Below are positions 31,766 to 42,784 of a stretch of 64,000 nucleotides of DNA, piece after piece. A program made the position numbers and the translations under genes. A model generated the notes under the pieces. That model ran no database searches. It saw only the letters and a program-made list of their open reading frames with translations, and was not told the origin of the DNA. The stretch spans positions 32,001 to 96,000 of the forward strand of contig CBFGIT010000003.1 of the NCBI GenBank assembly GCA_965648905.1, written 5' to 3'. The DNA comes from a candidate division WOR-3 bacterium (lineage in GTDB: Bacteria > Hydrothermota > Tepidihabitantia > Tepidihabitantales > Tepidihabitantaceae). Every line of letters starts with the position of its first letter. Positions within the stretch are counted from its first letter, which is position 1.

Positions 31766-32235
31766 TCGACCTGGCTCAACGCATACTGCTGGGCCAGTTG
31801 CAGTTGCATCGCCCACAGCCGTGAGGCGATTGCCTGGGCGATTACCCGCATCACGACATACCCGAGCTTCGGGTCCTCGTCAAACGCCTGTTGCAGCCGG
31901 GCGCTGTCAAACTCAAGGAAGGTGCAGTCGGTCAACGCCCTGCCACTGGCAGTGTAGTGCGGATTGCCGATGATGCCGGACCACGCAAACACGTGCCCGG
32001 GCCCGACCGTTGTCACAACATAGCTCTTCTTGGTCACACCGAAGTCCAGGTCGAGTACGACCCCGAGCCTGCCGCTCACGAGGATGTAGAACTTGTTGGC
32101 CGGCTGGCCCTGAACGTCAATCAGTTCATTGGCCTTGGCCTGGCCGACCCGGGCAATGGCGGACGCCCGTTCGAGGTCCTCGTCGCGCAGTTCGCTGAAC
32201 TCAGGAATTGACTTGAGGAACGACTTCACGTCCAT
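31762..32235 (-). CDS. Stand-alone cyclic-nucleotide-binding domain protein
   Basis: FLKSIPEFSEL, QG.PA.KFYILVSG, GPGHVF, YTASGRALTDC. No HTH. Confidence 0.82.
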   Translation of the reverse strand: MDVKSFLKSIPEFSELRDEDLERASAIARVGQAKANELIDVQGQPANKFYILVSGRLGVVLDLDFGVTKKSYVVTTVGPGHVFAWSGIIGNPHYTASGRALTDCTFLEFDSARLQQAFDEDPKLGYVVMRVIAQAIASRLWAMQLQLAQQYALSQVE

Positions 32236-32370
32236 ACAGACCTCCAATGGTCAGAATACTCTCTCCCCAAACTACCCGACCGGCTGCCACTTGTCAAGCT
32301 CGCGCTCGTGTCGGCGTAGAAACGGTCAGTGCCGCCAGTGACTTCTAATGAACCATCGGCTCGGCGTTGA

Positions 32371-32398
32371 TTGACTTAGGGCACGGGCGTGCTATCAT
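32371..32398 (+). promoter_or_regulatory. Promoter TTGACT-N16-TATCAT
   Basis: Hexamers in the divergent intergenic region upstream of 32493. Confidence 0.55.
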
Positions 32399-32492
32399 TA
32401 GGTTGGACGCGAAGAACGTCCACGGTTACGTCTTGAGATGAACACAAAGGGGCGGGGCTTTGAGGGCTCCGCCTGCATTTTTCGGAGGCACC

Positions 32493-32813
32493 ATGCGCGG
32501 TCCTTATGCACTGCGGCCACTACAGGTCGACATATCGGTTCCCTGCCGGGTCGGCGGCGTCTACTGCCTCGGCCGGGAGCCAAGACAGATTGCGTACATT
32601 GGTCGGGCTGAACGCGACCTGCGCGAAGCCTTGAAGGCGCACGCGGCCGAGTACTTGTACTTCTGGTATGAACCGGCCCTGACCCCGCGTGAGGGATTCA
32701 TAACCCAGTGCTACGAGTACCATCGATACGCCGAGCGAGGTGAGCTCAAGGATGTTAGTCACCCCGTGGCACCGGACCGGGTTGAACAGAAGTGCCCGAT
32801 TTGCGGCAAGTAG
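32493..32813 (+). CDS. Small GIY-YIG-like protein
   Basis: GGVYCL...IAYIGRA..DLREAL and C-terminal CPIC. GGAGG RBS. Confidence 0.55.
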   Translation: MRGPYALRPLQVDISVPCRVGGVYCLGREPRQIAYIGRAERDLREALKAHAAEYLYFWYEPALTPREGFITQCYEYHRYAERGELKDVSHPVAPDRVEQKCPICGK

Positions 32814-33041
32814 CGCACCGGCCGACTCGGCCGTCGTTCTGGACGCCTGATCTTCCCGCCTGCCGGCGCTGATTGGCACAACTCCCCGCCAGCGGCACGA
32901 CCGTGAGGGCAGTTGTTGACATCGCGCCTGAGGGGATATAATTACTGGTCGAACTCATGGTTATCGAGAGCGACATCGCCACCACCATTCGGGATGGCGC
33001 TGTCAAGTCTGTCATTACACTCTTACCTTAAGGAGGTCCGC

Positions 33042-36000
33042 ATGCACAGCGTGAGCGTTCTCGCTCTGGTATTCGCCGTCTCTCTCGGCTTTGCCGGCAA
33101 CGTGACTCAGACGTTTTCCTATTCGTCCGAGGCGTTGAAGCTCGGCACCGAGAGCGGCTACACAACCGTCGGCTTTGCCGGCTATCCTCATATCGACAAA
33201 CTGGGCGCACCCGACCTGCCCGTGGTCCCGGCCCAGGTCGTGATTCCTGCCACCGCCGAAGTCACTGGCATTGACGTTCTGGAATTACGTGAGGAACCGG
33301 TTCCCGGCAACTACACCGTTGTTCCGGTCCAGTATCCGCAACCGTACATGGAGAACCCGCCGCAATTCCCGTTTGTTGAACCCAACTCTTCCTACTACGG
33401 TATTGACGGCCCGTTCCCGGCTCAGGCTGCCGAATTTGTTGCGGTCGGGACCAAGTCCGGCTATCGACTGGCGGCGTTACGGGTTTTCCCAGTCCGCTAC
33501 AACCCGGTCACCAGGACTCTTTCGGTCGTCACCCGGCTTGTGGTGCGGGTGAACTATGTTGAAGGCAAGGTTCACGTCGCCCGGCGCAGCGAGTTGCAGA
33601 TTGCGATGCACGGCAGCGAGGTGAAGCACTTGGTGCTCAATCCGCAGGATGTTGACCGCTTTGCTCCACCCAAGAAGACCCATGAATACGGCTCGGCCTT
33701 CCTCCCCGCGGGCACGTACGAACACGTCATCCTCACCCATCGCGGCTACCGCGACTCGCTCGTCGGCCTGCGCGACTGGCGCACCCGGCAGGGCTGGCGC
33801 TCCAGGATTGTTGAGATTGACTCGGTCTGTGCGACTTATCCCGGTGTTGACACCGCGGACAAGATGCGCAACTTCTTGAAGGACGCCGAGACGACCTGGT
33901 CAACGGTCTTCTGTTTCATCGCCCGCAAAGACTGGCCCGCCAACCAGTTCCGCCGCGCCTACGGGAACGTGTCGGGCTACCCGGTCGAGAACATGCCGTC
34001 CGACATGTACTTCTCGTGCCTCGACGGCTCTTGGAACGCGGACGGCGACAACATCTGGGGCGAACCGACCGACTCGGTCGACTGCTACGCCGACATCCAC
34101 GTCGGCATGGTCACGCTCGATGGCGTCGGCGAGATGCAGCGGTACCTCGCCAAGGTCTTCCGTTACGAATTCACGCCCGATACCGGCTGGTTCTGCAAGG
34201 CACTGCTCGGCAACGATGTCACGTTCTCCAACGAATTCAACGATTCGATCGCCGCGGCCACGCCGACTCCGCCCTGGTTCGACCTGAAGATGTACACGAC
34301 CGGCGGCATGGTCACGCCCTCGGTCCAACGCTACGTCGACTCGCTCCAGTCCGGCTATCCGATAACCGCGGTCATTGCTCACGGCTCAATCGACCTGTAC
34401 GGCATGGGCGGTAACGTCACTTCGCCGATTATGAACGCCCTGACCAACGTCAACAAGCTATCGATGATCACCGCGGTCTGCTGTCACACCGGCGAATGGG
34501 ACGCGACCGGCAACACCAACGGCGACTGCATCGCCGAGAACATGGCTTTCCACGCACCCAACGGCTTCATCGGTGTAATGAAGAACGTCCGCTACGGCTG
34601 GGTCCGGGTCGCCGAGTACTTCAACTACTCCATCTGCTACGGCCTCCTGGGCTACCGCACACCCCGCCGCATCACTCAGGGCGAGGCGCTCTCCTATGGC
34701 AAGGACTACTGGTACCCTCTGGTTGCGGTGACGACCGACACCTCGAAGTTCCGCTACGAGGCATACGAGCGGACGCTCTTCGGCGAGCCGGCCGTACCCA
34801 TCTGGACCGGACGTGCCTACAGTGCGTCGGTCACCAAGCCGGCCGCCATCAACATCGGCTCCGGGATTCCGGTGAACATTACGGTGACCGATGGCACCAA
34901 CCCGGTTGACTCGGCCATGGTCTGCCTGGTCAAAGGCGAGGAGACTTTTGCCCGTGGATTCACCGACATGTCGGGCCAAGTCACCCTGCTCGTCTCGCCC
35001 CTGACCCCAGGCATGATGCAGCTCACCGTCACGGGTGCGAACAACTACCCGTACCTTGATTCCATCGTGGTCATGGCCGCGGGCAAGTTCGTCTCGTACC
35101 TGCGCTCATCGGTCAACGACTCGGTCGGCGGCAACGGCGATGGCATCATCAATCCGGGTGAGTCGTTCCGCCTGCCCACCTGGGTGAAGAACTACGGGAC
35201 CCAGACCGCGAACAACGTCACCGGACGGCTGATTACCCACACCGCCGGTGTCACAATCACCGATTCGGTCAAGTCATTCGGCAACGTCGCCGGCGGCGAT
35301 TCGGCCTACAACAGCCAGGGGTTTGGTCTGACCGTGGCCACCGGCCTGCCCAACGGCTATGCCATCCCCTGCTCACTCGTCTGCAAAGACAACCTTGACT
35401 CGACCTGGGTCTCTTATCTTACGCTCCGCGTCGGCGCGCCGGTGCTCGCGTTCGTGTCCAAGGACATCCGCGACTCGCTCGGCCGCAACCCGAACGGCAA
35501 GCTCGACCCGAACGAAACCGCGGACTTAGTCGTCACCATCCGCAACGCGGGACTGGGCAACGCCTACAACGTCCGGGCCGTGCTGCGCTCGGGTGACTCG
35601 CGCCTGACCGTGCCCGATTCTGAAGCGGTCTACGGCACGGTGCTGCGCGATTCAAACGCCACCAACCACGCTGACCACTTCAAGGTCACGGCCAGCGCCT
35701 CAATACCGATGGAGACTCCGATCTCGTGCACTCTTGACATCTATGCCGACGCCGGCTACTCCGGCAGTCAGGTCTTCACGATTATCGTTGGCGAAATCCG
35801 CATCTGCGACCCGATTCCGGACGGTCCGCGCCAGCCGGCCCTGTACTGGGCGTACGACGACGTAGACTCCACCTACACCGAGTGTCCGCGGTTCGCCTGG
35901 ATCGAGTGTCGTGACCGCGGCACGCGTCTGACCCTTTCCGACGACCAGACGGTCGTGGTCAGTCTGCCGACCGGTTTCGGTGCTCGATACTACAACCAGA

Positions 36001-36788
36001 ACTATACCCAGGTTTCCATCTGCGGCAACGGTTGGGTTGCTTTCGGTTCGACTACGACTTCGGCCTATTCCAATACCAGCCTGCCGACGACCACGGTTCC
36101 GATGCCGACCCTGTTCATCAACTGGGACGACATCTATCCGCCGACCGGTGGCGGGGTCTGGTACTTCCACGACACCGTGAACCACTGTTTCGTGGTCGAA
36201 TGGGATTCGGTCGCGTACTACTCCACCCGCACGAACTTCGACAAGTACGAAATCGTTATCTTTGACACGACCGTGGCGGCTGCGGACGGCAACTCCGAAA
36301 TCCTGTTCCAGTACCTGACCGCGGTTCAACCCGGTACGTCGGCGACCGTCGGTATTCAGGACCCGAGTCAGCAGATTGCTATCCAGTGCATCTTCGACGG
36401 AACATACACACGTGGCGTCTCACCCTGGATTCCCAACCATGCCGTCAAGTTCACGACTGACGCACCGAGTGTCGGTTTCGCCGAACCCGAGCTTGGAGCC
36501 AGCCGTATCCCGAAGGCCCTCAGTCTGACCGCATCGCCCAACCCGGTGCGACGCAGCGCAGCACTGCGCTGGCAAATGCCCTTTGCCGGCCGGGTCCGGC
36601 TTTCGGTCTACGACGTCAGCGGCCGGGTTGTCCGCGTGCTGGCCGAAGGCACCATGGACGCCGGCACCTACTTCACTTCCTGGGACGGCAGGGACGAGGT
36701 TGGCCGCTCCGTCGCCACTGGCACCTACCTGTTCAAGCTCGAAACCGAGTCCGGGCTCAGGACGGTCAAGTCGGTCCTGCTGCGCTAG
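33042..36788 (+). CDS. Gingipain-like C25 cysteine peptidase with propeptide, Ig-like repeats and FlgD-Ig/T9SS-like tail
   Basis: G.P.LP propeptide, SD.YFS.LDG.W, IAHGS (His), AVCCHTG (Cys), LFGEP, two GNGDG/N.NGKLDP.E modules, PNP...VYDVSGR...WDGRD...GTY. Confidence 0.88.
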   Translation: MHSVSVLALVFAVSLGFAGNVTQTFSYSSEALKLGTESGYTTVGFAGYPHIDKLGAPDLPVVPAQVVIPATAEVTGIDVLELREEPVPGNYTVVPVQYPQPYMENPPQFPFVEPNSSYYGIDGPFPAQAAEFVAVGTKSGYRLAALRVFPVRYNPVTRTLSVVTRLVVRVNYVEGKVHVARRSELQIAMHGSEVKHLVLNPQDVDRFAPPKKTHEYGSAFLPAGTYEHVILTHRGYRDSLVGLRDWRTRQGWRSRIVEIDSVCATYPGVDTADKMRNFLKDAETTWSTVFCFIARKDWPANQFRRAYGNVSGYPVENMPSDMYFSCLDGSWNADGDNIWGEPTDSVDCYADIHVGMVTLDGVGEMQRYLAKVFRYEFTPDTGWFCKALLGNDVTFSNEFNDSIAAATPTPPWFDLKMYTTGGMVTPSVQRYVDSLQSGYPITAVIAHGSIDLYGMGGNVTSPIMNALTNVNKLSMITAVCCHTGEWDATGNTNGDCIAENMAFHAPNGFIGVMKNVRYGWVRVAEYFNYSICYGLLGYRTPRRITQGEALSYGKDYWYPLVAVTTDTSKFRYEAYERTLFGEPAVPIWTGRAYSASVTKPAAINIGSGIPVNITVTDGTNPVDSAMVCLVKGEETFARGFTDMSGQVTLLVSPLTPGMMQLTVTGANNYPYLDSIVVMAAGKFVSYLRSSVNDSVGGNGDGIINPGESFRLPTWVKNYGTQTANNVTGRLITHTAGVTITDSVKSFGNVAGGDSAYNSQGFGLTVATGLPNGYAIPCSLVCKDNLDSTWVSYLTLRVGAPVLAFVSKDIRDSLGRNPNGKLDPNETADLVVTIRNAGLGNAYNVRAVLRSGDSRLTVPDSEAVYGTVLRDSNATNHADHFKVTASASIPMETPISCTLDIYADAGYSGSQVFTIIVGEIRICDPIPDGPRQPALYWAYDDVDSTYTECPRFAWIECRDRGTRLTLSDDQTVVVSLPTGFGARYYNQNYTQVSICGNGWVAFGSTTTSAYSNTSLPTTTVPMPTLFINWDDIYPPTGGGVWYFHDTVNHCFVVEWDSVAYYSTRTNFDKYEIVIFDTTVAAADGNSEILFQYLTAVQPGTSATVGIQDPSQQIAIQCIFDGTYTRGVSPWIPNHAVKFTTDAPSVGFAEPELGASRIPKALSLTASPNPVRRSAALRWQMPFAGRVRLSVYDVSGRVVRVLAEGTMDAGTYFTSWDGRDEVGRSVATGTYLFKLETESGLRTVKSVLLR

Positions 36789-36807
36789 TCCGCACAGCAC
36801 TTCTCAG

Positions 36808-36840
36808 GCAGGGGCGGGCATAGCCCGCCCCTGCTGTTTT
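36808..36840 (+). terminator. Rho-independent terminator
   Basis: 12-bp stem GCAGGGGCGGGC/GCCCGCCCCTGC followed by TGTTTT. Confidence 0.85.
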
Positions 36841-36923
36841 CGTTGTCAGCACCGACGCAGACTCGGTGCTTGATGGTAAGCTGTTCTTCGCAGGGCACAC
36901 GTCGCCAACGTCAGCCGGTCACG

Positions 36924-36951
36924 TTGACAGTGCCCGAGGACGCCCTATAAT
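36924..36951 (+). promoter_or_regulatory. Promoter TTGACA-N16-TATAAT
   Basis: Perfect consensus hexamers upstream of 37099. Confidence 0.75.
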
Positions 36952-37098
36952 TCTTTGTCGGACGGCTTGAGCTGTTCCGACAATTGCTGATGAGAACACC
37001 GCGAGACTGGCGAATCTGTCGAGCACCGTTGGCAGGCTTTTCGGCTCCAGGTCCTGACCTGGACCGCGTGAGTGCTGCAGGCCTGCGAGGAGGATGTA

Positions 37099-40000
37099 AT
37101 GCGTAAGCTGGTTCTTGGATTGACTCTGGTTGCCGCAGTCAGCAGCGGCTACACGCTGCTGAGCGAAAGCTTCGATTCCACCTGGACCCCGAACTCACCG
37201 CCGGCTGGCTGGCGGATTTTCCACACCGACACAACGAACGTCGGCGACGATGACTGGCACCGTGATTCGGCGCGGGCACCTTGGGACAATCACCCGACGG
37301 CTTTTGCTGCCATCCTGCCGAGCGCAACGCCGGACAGTACGCCGGATTCGTTGATATCGCCGGTCATTGACTGCCGTGGGTACGAGCACGTAACATTGCG
37401 CTGCAGCACGAATTTCTTGCCCGTGCTGGCGGGCCCATCGACGGCACGGATCGTCTATTCGATAGACAGTGGCGTCACTTTCCCCTACACGGCTCGGAAC
37501 TACAACGATACGACCGGCACGATTGCCGAGTCACTGTTCCTGCCTCAAGCCCGGAACCGGGCTGGCGTGGTTATCGCTTGGGTATTCGATGGTGATCTGA
37601 ACGACATCGGCTGGTGGTACCTCGACGACCTTGTGCTGACCGGCGACTCCATACCGGTAACCGATATCGCCTGCACAAGGATTTCCGTACCCTTCGATTC
37701 GATGACACCGGGCGTGATGTTTCCGCACGTCTGGTACCAGAACCTGGGCGACACGAACCAGTACAATATCCCGGTGGCGTGCAGCCTGTACGACGCGGCG
37801 ATGAATCCGCTGTTTGCATGGAGTGATACCGTTGACTCGCTTGTGGCTGGTGCACCCGAGCAGGAAATGGTTTTCAGCGTGCCGTGCACGCTGGTTGCAG
37901 GCAGCTACTATTTCAAAGCATGGCACAGATTGGCGGCCGATGACGACCGTTCCAACGATACTCTCGACTTGAACTTCACGGCCGTCTGGCGAACCGACAT
38001 CGCCTGCACCCGAATCACATCGCCGCCGCCGGTCATGCCTCCCGGTGTGTTGACACCGCGGGTCTGGTTCCAGAACCTCGGTGACACCACGTTATACAAC
38101 GTGCCTGTGGCATGCAGTCTCTATGACAACGCGATGAACCCGCTCTTCGAATGGATCGGCACGATTGACAGCCTGGCGGCTGGCGCGCCGGAACAGGAGC
38201 TTGTGTTCGCTGCCCCCTGTACCCTGGGGCTGGGCGACTACTATTTCAAGACTTGGCACGAAGCTCCGTTCGACGACGACCGCAGCAATGATACTCTGGA
38301 CTGCAACTTCACGGTCGCACCCAGAACTGACATCGCCTGCACCCGAATCACATCGCCGCTTCCAACCATGCGCCCCGGCAGTCTATTCCCCAGGGTCTGG
38401 TTCCAGAATCTAGGGGACACGACTCAATACAACGTTGCTGTTGCCTGCTCGCTCTACGACAGTACGATGACCCCAATCAACGGCTGGAGTGGTCTGCTCG
38501 ACAGTCTCCTAGCTGGTGCGCCCGAGCAGGAAGAGGTACTTACGCCGGCCTACATGCTTACCGTCGGCAGTTACTACTTCAAGGCCTGGCATGAAGCTCC
38601 GTTTGACGACGACCGCAGCAACGACACCCTGGGTCTCAGCTTCGTGGTCGCGCCGCCGGGCAACGTCGTCTTCGCCGAGGACTTTGATGCGTTCTGGTCA
38701 ACCAATGCCCCGCCGCCGGGCTGGCGCATTTTCCACACCGACACGGCTAACAAGAACACCGATGACTGGCACAGAAAGAACGCCGGCTTCTCGCCGTGGA
38801 TAAACCACCCGACCCCATTTGCGGGCATTTACCAGAGCGCCAGCCCTGACCCGACGCCTGATTCGCTCATCTCCCCGGTCTTCAGTTGTGCCGGCTACCG
38901 GAACATCGTCCTGGTCTGCAGCACCTATTTCTGGCGTCTGCCCGGAGCAGCTTACCGTGCCGAAATCCGCTATTCGACCGACGGCGGACTCACCTTCCCG
39001 AACGCGCACACCCTTCGCCAGTACCAGTTCGGCAGCAGCAGCTTCCCGGTTCAGGAGTCGTTCCGACTAAGAAATGCTGCTGGTCAACCTAATGTTGCGC
39101 TCGCGTGGATCTTCGAAGGCGACCTCGGTCAGATTCAGTGCTGGTATCTGGACGACGTCGAGGTCATCGGAGAACCAGCGCCAGAGTACGACATCGCCTG
39201 TACACGGATTGTCGAACCGCTGCCGATGATGTTCCCGGGTGACCTGACGCCCCGGCTGATGTTCGCAAACCGGGGCGACAGCGACCAGTACAGCGTACCG
39301 GTGGCGTGCAGCCTGTACGATGCCGCGATGAACCCGCTCTACGGCTGGACCACGACAGTCGATACCATGCTTGCGAACTCGCCCGAGATTGAAGTCACAC
39401 TGGCTCCGCCCTATCCGCTTCCCCTGGGAGACTACTACTTCAAGTGCTGGCATGAAGCCGCGCTCGACGAGAATCGGGCCAACGACACGCTTGAGCTGGA
39501 CTTCTCCGTCTCGACGCTGAGCATGATGCACTACGACGACGGCTATGCCGCGACCTATCATTCCTGGCCGGTCGGACACTGGGGTTGGGGCGTCAAGTTC
39601 ACGCCGACCGCCTATCCGGTATACATCGAGTCCCTGATGGTGTATCTGGCCGCACCGGCCAACCCGAGCCACTGCCGGTACCAGTTGGCCGTGGTTCGGC
39701 CCGACAGCATGGGCCGTCCCGGTGAGATGCTGCTCAAGACACCGGTGCTTGATGCGACTCCGTCGGCCACCGGCTGGCAGGCAACGTTCATGGCCGACGT
39801 CGGCGAGCACCTGGTCATCGACTCGGGCAGCTTCTACGTATTCTATCTCCAGGTCGGCGAACCACCCGAATGTCCCAGACTCGGCCGCGACAGCGCTCGG
39901 ACTCCGGGCGTCACGTACTGGCAGTGCCGCGGCGGCAACTACCGGCCCGACTCAACCAACGGCGACTACATGATTCGGGTCTGGCTCGACAACACCTCAA

Positions 40001-42663
40001 TCACCCCGCCGAACTACGACCTGCGCACCCTGGACGTGGAGTTCCCGGAGTACGACTTCGTGCGGCGACCGTTCAACCGGCCGATGTCGGTTGCGGCGCG
40101 GATTCAGAACTTCGGCACCACCGACCTGATTGGACTCAGCCTGCCGGTATCCTGCACCATCTTCGGCGTGACGAGCGGGCAGTTGTATGCCAACACTCAG
40201 CGCCTGCCCGACCTCCGGTCTGGTGAAGACGTCCTGATTACGTTCCCGCCCTGCACTCTGACCGTTGCCGAGCAGTGCTCGGTGATCGTCTCGGTCTACA
40301 ACGCATCCGCACCGGACGACGAGCCGGAAAACGACAACAAACGGTTCACAACCGACGTCCTCAAAGGAGCCTACACCGGCTCAAGCCCGCTCAACTATTC
40401 CTGGATCGACTCGGATACGACCTTTGGACCGGCCTACTCTTGGATTGACACGGCCGGCTTCAATATCGCCCCGAACCTCGGCGACGAACTCCGCATCAAC
40501 ATCCCGACCTACTTCTACTTCCCGTTCTACGACAGTATCTACAACTATGTCTTTGTCTCGGCCAACGGCTGGCTGTCGATGGGAACCAGCAACCCGGGCG
40601 GGACCGGTGACTCCCTGCCCCGACGCCTGCCCGACGCGCCCGCGCCCAACCTCGCGGTCTACCCATACTGGGACAACCTTGCCATGGGCCCGGGGTTTGG
40701 CAGCGGGTATGTGTTCTACAAGACGTTCGGAACTGCACCCAACCGGTACTTTGTCCTGACGTTCCAGGACATGAACCGGGTCGGCACGGACACAACCGAC
40801 AAGGTCACATTCCAGGTCATCATCAACGAGAACGGCATCATCACCTTCCAGTACAAGGATGTCACCTGTGGTGACCCGACATTCGACTACGGTCGCATGG
40901 CCAGCATCGGTCTTGAGAACGGAACCGGAACCGACGGGCTCTGCTACCTCTATGCCCGGCCCCCGATGTCCACTGCGGTCAATGACCTCGCCAATCGGCT
41001 CACTCCCGGTCGAGCAATCAGCCTGTTCCGCATCCGGCGCGACGCTGCCGCGCTCGAGGTCGTCACACCAGAAGCATTCGACTTCCCAGGGCCGCTCACC
41101 CCAAGAGTCAAGATACAGAACTACGGCACGGTCACGGACTCAATCCGCGTGTTTGTTCGCATCAACCCGGTCTACTCCTGGAACACGACCATCACCGGAC
41201 TGGCCCCGGGCGAAAGTCTGGTGATCCCCTGCTCGACCTGGTACGCCACGGTCGGCACTTATACTGCGGTCTGCTCAACCGGTATGGTCGGCGATGTGGA
41301 CAGCTCCAACAACGTGGCGAGCAAGTACTTCACCATCTCGAACTGGGCGCAGCGACCGGACATTCCCGCAGGCTGGCGTCGGCGTAGGGTCAAGGACGGC
41401 GCTCTTGCCTGGGCCTCGACCACACGCCGGGTCTACGCGATGAAGGGTGCTAACTCCAACGAGTTCTGGTACTATGACCCAGAAACCCGCATCTGGGACA
41501 CACTTGCGCCGATGCCGACCGAACCTTCGGGCAGCCGGGCCCGCGACGGCAATGACCTTGCCTTCGATGGCACGTTCGGCTCTGACGGCCGGCTCTGGGC
41601 CATCAAAGGTGGCGGCCGGACCGACTTCTATTACTACAATATCGCCCGCGACAGTTGGGCGCCATGTAGACCGATGTTCGTCAACAACCGTCAGCTCGGC
41701 CGTATCTCGCGTATGCCCAAGAAAGGCGCGGCAATCGCCTTTGTGCCCGGCCACTCTGCTCTGGGCGAAATCTACGCCATCCCCGCCAACGGCACCAACG
41801 ACTTCCTCCGCTACGATGCAGCCGGCGACACTTGGAACTTCATCTACGACGGTACAGGCAACGTCATCGATATCCCATCATTCGGGGCCGGCCGGACCAA
41901 GTGCAAGTTCGGCTCAGACTTGCGATACGACCCGGACCACGACAAGTTGTATGTCGTCAAAGGTTCCAACACCCTCGAACTCTACGGCTACGACCTGGCG
42001 CTCGGTGCCTGGACCGACACGCTCGACCAGGTCACGCTTCTCGGCCCGACCATGCGCAAGGTCAAGTCCGGTGCGTCGCTCGCCTACTACAACAACCGTC
42101 TGTTCCTGTTCAAGGGCGGCAACACTCAGGAATACTGGCGCTACGAGATAGCCTATGACAGTTGGACCCGGATGACCGACATTCCGCGTGCGCTTGTCGG
42201 ACGCCGGGTCAAAGTCAAGCGCGGCTCGTCCCAGGCTGTGGCTGATTCGACCATCTTCTGCCTCAAGGGTTCTTTTGGGCTTGAGTTCTGGGAATACCTG
42301 CCCGCGGGCGACTCTTACCGGCCACCGATGATGCTGGCCGATGCCGGCCGCGAAGGGGTCATGGCCCGGCCCGCGAGACTGAGCCTGACCCGGCCGTTCC
42401 TCACCGCGTATCCGAACCCGATGCGCTCCAGCCTCGTGCTTGAGTACAACCTGACCAGTCCAGCCCTTGTTCGACTCCGGGTCTACGACGCAGCCGGACG
42501 CACCATGCGTCACCTGGTCGATGCACCCCGACTCAATGGTCTGCATCGGATCCGCTGGGATGGCTGCGACGGTCGTGGCCAGGTTCTGGCCGGCGGCATC
42601 TACTTTGTTGAACTAAAGAGCGGCGATGTCCGTCTGACCGAGAAACTGGTTATCCAGCGCTAG
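37099..42663 (+). CDS. Large secreted modular protein: two adhesin-like jelly-roll modules, CARDB-like repeats, Kelch-like propeller and FlgD-Ig tail
   Basis: Two E.FD..W....PP.GWRIFHTD...DSLISP modules, four DIACTRI...ND repeats, KGG/KGS..EFW.Y repeats, YPNP...WDG..GIY. Confidence 0.8.
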   Translation: MRKLVLGLTLVAAVSSGYTLLSESFDSTWTPNSPPAGWRIFHTDTTNVGDDDWHRDSARAPWDNHPTAFAAILPSATPDSTPDSLISPVIDCRGYEHVTLRCSTNFLPVLAGPSTARIVYSIDSGVTFPYTARNYNDTTGTIAESLFLPQARNRAGVVIAWVFDGDLNDIGWWYLDDLVLTGDSIPVTDIACTRISVPFDSMTPGVMFPHVWYQNLGDTNQYNIPVACSLYDAAMNPLFAWSDTVDSLVAGAPEQEMVFSVPCTLVAGSYYFKAWHRLAADDDRSNDTLDLNFTAVWRTDIACTRITSPPPVMPPGVLTPRVWFQNLGDTTLYNVPVACSLYDNAMNPLFEWIGTIDSLAAGAPEQELVFAAPCTLGLGDYYFKTWHEAPFDDDRSNDTLDCNFTVAPRTDIACTRITSPLPTMRPGSLFPRVWFQNLGDTTQYNVAVACSLYDSTMTPINGWSGLLDSLLAGAPEQEEVLTPAYMLTVGSYYFKAWHEAPFDDDRSNDTLGLSFVVAPPGNVVFAEDFDAFWSTNAPPPGWRIFHTDTANKNTDDWHRKNAGFSPWINHPTPFAGIYQSASPDPTPDSLISPVFSCAGYRNIVLVCSTYFWRLPGAAYRAEIRYSTDGGLTFPNAHTLRQYQFGSSSFPVQESFRLRNAAGQPNVALAWIFEGDLGQIQCWYLDDVEVIGEPAPEYDIACTRIVEPLPMMFPGDLTPRLMFANRGDSDQYSVPVACSLYDAAMNPLYGWTTTVDTMLANSPEIEVTLAPPYPLPLGDYYFKCWHEAALDENRANDTLELDFSVSTLSMMHYDDGYAATYHSWPVGHWGWGVKFTPTAYPVYIESLMVYLAAPANPSHCRYQLAVVRPDSMGRPGEMLLKTPVLDATPSATGWQATFMADVGEHLVIDSGSFYVFYLQVGEPPECPRLGRDSARTPGVTYWQCRGGNYRPDSTNGDYMIRVWLDNTSITPPNYDLRTLDVEFPEYDFVRRPFNRPMSVAARIQNFGTTDLIGLSLPVSCTIFGVTSGQLYANTQRLPDLRSGEDVLITFPPCTLTVAEQCSVIVSVYNASAPDDEPENDNKRFTTDVLKGAYTGSSPLNYSWIDSDTTFGPAYSWIDTAGFNIAPNLGDELRINIPTYFYFPFYDSIYNYVFVSANGWLSMGTSNPGGTGDSLPRRLPDAPAPNLAVYPYWDNLAMGPGFGSGYVFYKTFGTAPNRYFVLTFQDMNRVGTDTTDKVTFQVIINENGIITFQYKDVTCGDPTFDYGRMASIGLENGTGTDGLCYLYARPPMSTAVNDLANRLTPGRAISLFRIRRDAAALEVVTPEAFDFPGPLTPRVKIQNYGTVTDSIRVFVRINPVYSWNTTITGLAPGESLVIPCSTWYATVGTYTAVCSTGMVGDVDSSNNVASKYFTISNWAQRPDIPAGWRRRRVKDGALAWASTTRRVYAMKGANSNEFWYYDPETRIWDTLAPMPTEPSGSRARDGNDLAFDGTFGSDGRLWAIKGGGRTDFYYYNIARDSWAPCRPMFVNNRQLGRISRMPKKGAAIAFVPGHSALGEIYAIPANGTNDFLRYDAAGDTWNFIYDGTGNVIDIPSFGAGRTKCKFGSDLRYDPDHDKLYVVKGSNTLELYGYDLALGAWTDTLDQVTLLGPTMRKVKSGASLAYYNNRLFLFKGGNTQEYWRYEIAYDSWTRMTDIPRALVGRRVKVKRGSSQAVADSTIFCLKGSFGLEFWEYLPAGDSYRPPMMLADAGREGVMARPARLSLTRPFLTAYPNPMRSSLVLEYNLTSPALVRLRVYDAAGRTMRHLVDAPRLNGLHRIRWDGCDGRGQVLAGGIYFVELKSGDVRLTEKLVIQR

Positions 42664-42784
42664 AAGTCCAGTCGCGGGATTGGCCTGCGGCGCACTATCC
42701 TTGCGGGGCGGCCTCCAGGCCGCCCCGCGCGTATAGACCCGGGTCAGATTGACGGCCGTAGCTGGAAGCGATAGGATTAGCCCA

